A stretch of DNA of 63,531 nt, the filler included, from Octopus bimaculoides (Eukaryota): NCBI RefSeq assembly GCF_001194135.2. It is 4 parts of 4 records of this genome, joined end to end, with 100 filler letters (N's around TTAATTAATTAA, not from the genome) between each part and the next. Parts side by side here need not be neighbours in the genome. Positions count along the whole stretch, not along the records: positions 51,965 to 60,835 come from NC_069004.1; positions 60,936 to 63,531 come from NC_068993.1; 2 more parts are not named here. One strand, 5' to 3'. Each line of letters opens with the position of its first letter. Position 1 is the first letter of the stretch. The notes beneath the pieces are model-generated. The model was not told the DNA's origin. It was given only the letters and a program-made list of their open reading frames with translations, and searched no databases. Made by a program: the position numbers and the translations under genes. Shown in pieces: positions 58,455 through 63,531 of the stretch.

Positions 58455-60835
58455 ATATATATATGTATATATATATACAGAGAGAGAGAGAAGGAGAGAG
58501 AGGGAGATGGAGAGAGTGATAGAGAGAGAGGGGGAGAGAGAGAGCTAAATAGTGAGTACCTGTAGCAGAAACAGCTGTAAGTTAATTGTGTTCAGGGCAC
58601 AATTTCCGATTCCCTATCATTTACATGTGTGTATGCGTTGTGTGTGTGTGTCTGTCTGCCCGCTTGCGTCTGCGTGTGTTTGTGTCTTTGTCTCTGTGTG
58701 TGTGCGTGCGTCAGTGTGTGAAATGTGAAGTGCGTAGCTTTATGGCGTTACATTTCTTCCATTGTTTACAATTGTTTCAATAACTTGCTGAGTGACACGT
58801 CATGTCCAGAGACGAGGAGGATCAGAACAATTTAGTCATGTGTATTATCTCTTCCATATTCTATAATAGCACACCAGTAATATTTTAATCATAACCGATC
58901 TGAGAAATATAGCATCGGCTATATATTTTTATTATCATTTATCATTAAGTGACTGCTAGTGTTGTTTAATATGCTTTACATTTTACGGATGGCCGCTTCG
59001 CCGTGATCATCCATGTGTACAGATATGATGTGTGATTGGTCACATGCATGCTATATAAGCATTTGTACACCATGGAATAAATATGATGACTAAACTGAAC
59101 TCTTATCAATATTCATATTCAGAGACGGAAGTAAAACCTCAGGGATTTTCTTTAAACACAATTCAACGGCAGAAATGCCCTTTTATACAGATAACCGCCA
59201 ATCTTGTGAATGAAATTTAAGGGAAAACTAATTCTTAAAGCGATCACTACACTTAAACACATGCACACACAGATACACACGCGTGCACACATACACGCAT
59301 ACACACATACACGCATACACACATACACAATATAAGTGTGTGTGTGTGTGTATTGTTGATCTCATATGAATTATATAATCTTTCGAATAAATGCGAAATA
59401 ATTCTATTCTGAAACAAATGTCTTGTAAGTACACGCCATAGTGCTATGCGAAATAGCATGTTAAGAATGTAATTATTGTGTTGAAAAACTATTTGGATAT
59501 TTACAAGCTATAATTTAAAGCTGTATGTGATGTGCTTTAAAACAATTACTCCTTACAAAAGTAAATTATACACACATTCAGTTTCAGATCTGAAATGTTT
59601 AGCAACTGCAACTACGTTGAGATTGATTAGATATCTGGCAGCCTTTGACCTCCTTTATGTTACATTACTTTACACCAGCTAGATTAATTACGATTTAATT
59701 TAATTACGACAAAAGGGACGAAAATCTTGGTCTTATAAATTTTCTTTTCTTTCTTCTCTTTCGATTCTTTGCATAGAAATTGCTTCGAGGTTTTCTTCCG
59801 CATTTTTCTACATGTATCCACTTAAGCAATCGTTCACGTTTTCACATAGGCCTAACAGGATACACTGAGACTCAAAGATTAATTCGAGAAACATGGCATG
59901 TTATAAAAATCCGCCAATTTATTGCATCTCCACATAATGAAACTATTATGTAGTTCTAATTTGCAAAGCACTCATAGATGAGTGCTTGCGTATCAATCTA
60001 CGTACTCGTTAGTGCTTCCCCAAAACGCAACGCTCCTTGGCTTTTATTAACAGTAAGCCATGTATTTATTTGAACTACTTCTACTTATATATATGTATAT
60101 ATACTTAAATATATGTATTTTTGTGTCTATGTTTCGCCCTGCACCATCGCTTGGCAACATATGTTGGTGTGTTTACGTTCCCGTAACTTACCGTTTCGGC
60201 AAAAAGTGATCGATAGAATAAGTACTAGGCTTATAAAGAATAAGCCCTTGGGGTCGATTTGTTCGACTAAAGGTGGTGCTCCAGCATGGCCGCAGTCAAA
60301 TAACTGAAACAAATAAAAGAATAACAGAACATATGTGTGTACACACGTACATCCACGCACGCGCCCAAGCAATGATATATACCACTTACAATATTGCTCT
60401 TACATTGTAGCGAAATGGTACTTCTCGGTGTCTGTTGATGTATTTATACATACGTGCGTATGTATGTATATATGCAAATATGTATAAATATGTATAGATG
60501 CTTCTCTGCGTGAGTGTGTGGGTATGTGCGCACCTTTTCGTAAGCAATTTTATACTTATTCGCATAAATATACCGAGATACAAATATATTTCCGTTTCTG
60601 TATCTATAATTTGTATTCATGGTTATAAAAATTGTATGTATAAACGCACCGCATACCCATGCACACAATCGTACCACATTTATAACCATGAATATAATTA
60701 TTCAGATACACAAATGGAAATATATTTGTATCTACCTATATTTATGCAAACATACAAAATTGCATAAGAAAACGCGTGCGCACACCCACACATTCACATA
60801 CATCTATTCACACACACCTCTCTCTCTCTCTCTCT

Positions 60836-60935
60836 NNNNNNNNNNNNNNNNNNNNNNNNNNNNNNNNNNNNNNNNNNNNTTAATTAATTAANNNNNNNNN
60901 NNNNNNNNNNNNNNNNNNNNNNNNNNNNNNNNNNN
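60836..60935. other. Assembly join spacer N44-TTAATTAATTAA-N44
   Basis: Same 100-bp structure. Confidence 0.95.
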
Positions 60936-61359
60936 TGTGATCCTTTCTAACAATTCGCGTAAGAATCTGACCGTCTGTATCTGAAAGTTTTGGTTTTCTT
61001 CCGGAGTTTTTTTTTCGACGAGGAGGGTTTTCCCTTTTTCTCAAAGGCTGTCATTACTTTCGAGACAGTACTTCTTGATACACCAAACATTTCGGCTGTT
61101 TTCGTTACGCTAGCGCCTGCCATACGAGCACCAACAATTTGACCTCTTTGAAAGTCCGATAAAGCTGTCATTTTAATGAATTTTAATTAGCTTTTTCTGA
61201 TGATATCTCAAAAGAAACAGCAATTTTAGCAAAACATATTTAGCAACAGTAAAAATAAATAAAAAACCTTAAAATAAACAAGCTTTTGACGGTTTTATAG
61301 ATATTTCAAAATTATGATGCTATGATGCTAGGTGTTTCCATTATTTTGTCCAACCCCTG
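60936..61359 (-). mobile_element. Tc1-like element, 5' end with transposase N-terminus (truncated by join)
   Basis: TIR caggggttggacaaaataatggaaacac at 61359-61332; ORF MTALSDFQRGQIVGARMAGASVTKTAEMFGVSRSTVSKVM (paired-like HTH) at 61171->60947. Confidence 0.9.
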
Positions 61360-61558
61360 TTTGTTTAGAAACATATTTATGTGTGTATGTTTGCATATAT
61401 TTTGTTTTTCATTGTTCGAAAGAATAGTTTATGTTCCATGTACTCGTACTTCGTGTACTTTTTGTTGTACACGTTTCATGAAGTCCTGTGCCCACATATG
61501 CATATATATATATACGTATAGATGTAAGTATGTACATATACGCATGTATATATGCATA

Positions 61559-61608
<50 letters not shown>

Positions 61609-63321
61609 ATACTGAAAAATACTTCAAAAATTCATCAAAATATATATACATGTATATTTTTTTATGTAATTAAAGCAATTTTAACTTTTTAACACAGTGG
61701 GAAAATCATTTTATTCTATGTATTTACATGTCCGAAAATACAAATATTAAAATACGTTTTCATAGAATAAATATTTTCGTATTGTAGTTTAACTGAAAAT
61801 ATATTGATGTGCGTATTCATAAGGGATATTTGGCGTGTATAATACAACTGAAAAGGAGAGAAAGAAAAAAAAAACAAAAGATCACATGTTAGATCTTTTC
61901 TTTTGAATAGAAAAAGGTTTTGGTGTATACATATTTCTGTGTATTACGCCGAAAAGACTTTTATGGTAGAAGAGAATTGTCATATTTCACTGACCATGAT
62001 CCGGTTTACGCTGATATTTTGGTTGTCAAATTTTTAAGTAATTTTTCCAAATTGAAAACCGTGTGTGGATTAATGAATAAGCATGCATATCACTTATGAT
62101 TTATATATACATATATACATGTGTGTGTGTGCGTGTGTGCGTGTGTGTGCGTGCGTGTGTTTATGCGTGCATGTGTGTACATAAATATATATACATGTAG
62201 CTAGCTAGCTAAAAATTTATGTGGCCTGAATTTTTTACCTGTTTCACTCCCTCAATATATATATATATCCAAAGGGACTATTTTTGTTGATCTCCGGTAA
62301 CAAAGACCTGAAGGCTAGCTATGTTGGTTTTATGTCTGTTACAACTTATCAAACAAGCTTAAACTTTGCTGTGAAACATTTGTAGTCTGTACGTTATCTG
62401 TTCCACTCCTTAGAGTTTGGATTTTTATGCGCATTCTCAGTAGCTTTAGTTCCTAAACCAAGAGCGGTATGGTAACGGACAGCTTATCGAAACTCCTTTT
62501 AGTTTCGATACGGGAAGAAGTGTGAAATTTACGATGTTTCATAAAAATGTTTTATCGTATATTGTCCACTTTTTGTCATCTGTACTAGCCGTATAAGTGC
62601 CTGAAGCTTACTAAGTTCCTACAGTTGTATCTCTGGATCATATTTACTGCTATATATACATGTGTTTGTGTGGGGGGATCTTTTCTGTCTGGCTGAACCT
62701 GCGGAAATTTCAAAGTTTAGTGAAAATTCTAAACTTTTCTGTATTGAACGAGTCGTCAACATTCTGAAAATAGCCGGTGTTTTGATATGAAACTGTAAAT
62801 AAATCAAATTCTGCTTTGCGCACGACATATAACCCTTCATAACTTCTCTTTTTTGGAATTTTCAGAAAATTTTTGTGAATTTGTATTCTACACAAGGGAA
62901 TTCATACGATTATACACCCCCTCACACACACACACAAATGATAATTGGTGGGTGCGTGATTTAAGGCCTTTTTAGGTGTTATTTTTAACACATATCACGA
63001 ACAGAGTACAAGCAATAGATGGGTACAGGCAGCAGAACACAGCATGAAGCACGTGGTTTCGCGTAGAATATACTTGTCCACATATGTACGTTCTCGCAAG
63101 CAAAAGAGTTCTCATGTTTGGCATGTTACCTTGGAAACAGCCATTAACGTGACTAAAATTGGCTAAAATTACCCAAAATTTACCTACTTTAAAAGCTATG
63201 AACTCTTTATTGACGAAAATGAATTACATATCAATGATTAGCATACAAAACTACGTCAGTACACCAAATATGAAATCAATTGGAACAGGAATTGAAAGTG
63301 GCAGCCAAAGAAAAAAGATCT

Positions 63322-63353
63322 TACATGTGTGTGCGCGTGCGTGTGTGTGTGTG

Positions 63354-63387
<34 letters not shown>

Positions 63388-63531
63388 CATGTGTGTGTAT
63401 GAGTGTGTGTGTATGTGTGTGAGTGTGTGTGTGTGTATGTGTGTGTGCGTATGCGTGTGTGTGTGCGCATGTGTGTGTATATATGTATGTATGAATGTAT
63501 GCATGTATGTGTAGGTGTGTATGTACGTATA
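63322..63531. repeat. Degenerate (GT)n microsatellite
   Basis: Directly visible. Confidence 0.9.

Overview
Eukaryotic, AT-rich, repeat-dense, gap-rich genomic DNA. It is most likely a coleoid cephalopod (Octopus-type); this is an inference from the SINE families and microsatellite load. The window is four source pieces joined by identical 100-bp spacers (N44-TTAATTAATTAA-N44 at 28675-28774, 51865-51964, 60836-60935). Two spliced genes lie head-to-head. DPCD is on the minus strand (5 coding exons, 43845->33199; last exon not found). EMG1/NEP1 is on the plus strand (4 coding exons, 46839->51153; the last ~2 exons are lost at or beyond a join). The rest is tRNA-derived SINEs, Tc1/mariner relics, fold-back MITEs, non-LTR retrotransposon fragments of several clades (RTE, CR1-like, R4/Dong, HERO-like, Penelope-like) and microsatellites. 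The most interesting object is a 1,685-bp element (13506-15190) encoding only an RRM + CCHC ORF1-type protein, with no endonuclease or RT. It sits inside the tRNA-like head of a SINE, and its last ~60 nt match the linker of four dimeric SINE copies in this window. This suggests a 'half-LINE'/SINE partnership with possible targeting of SINE heads. All calls were made by eye; repeat boundaries are approximate.
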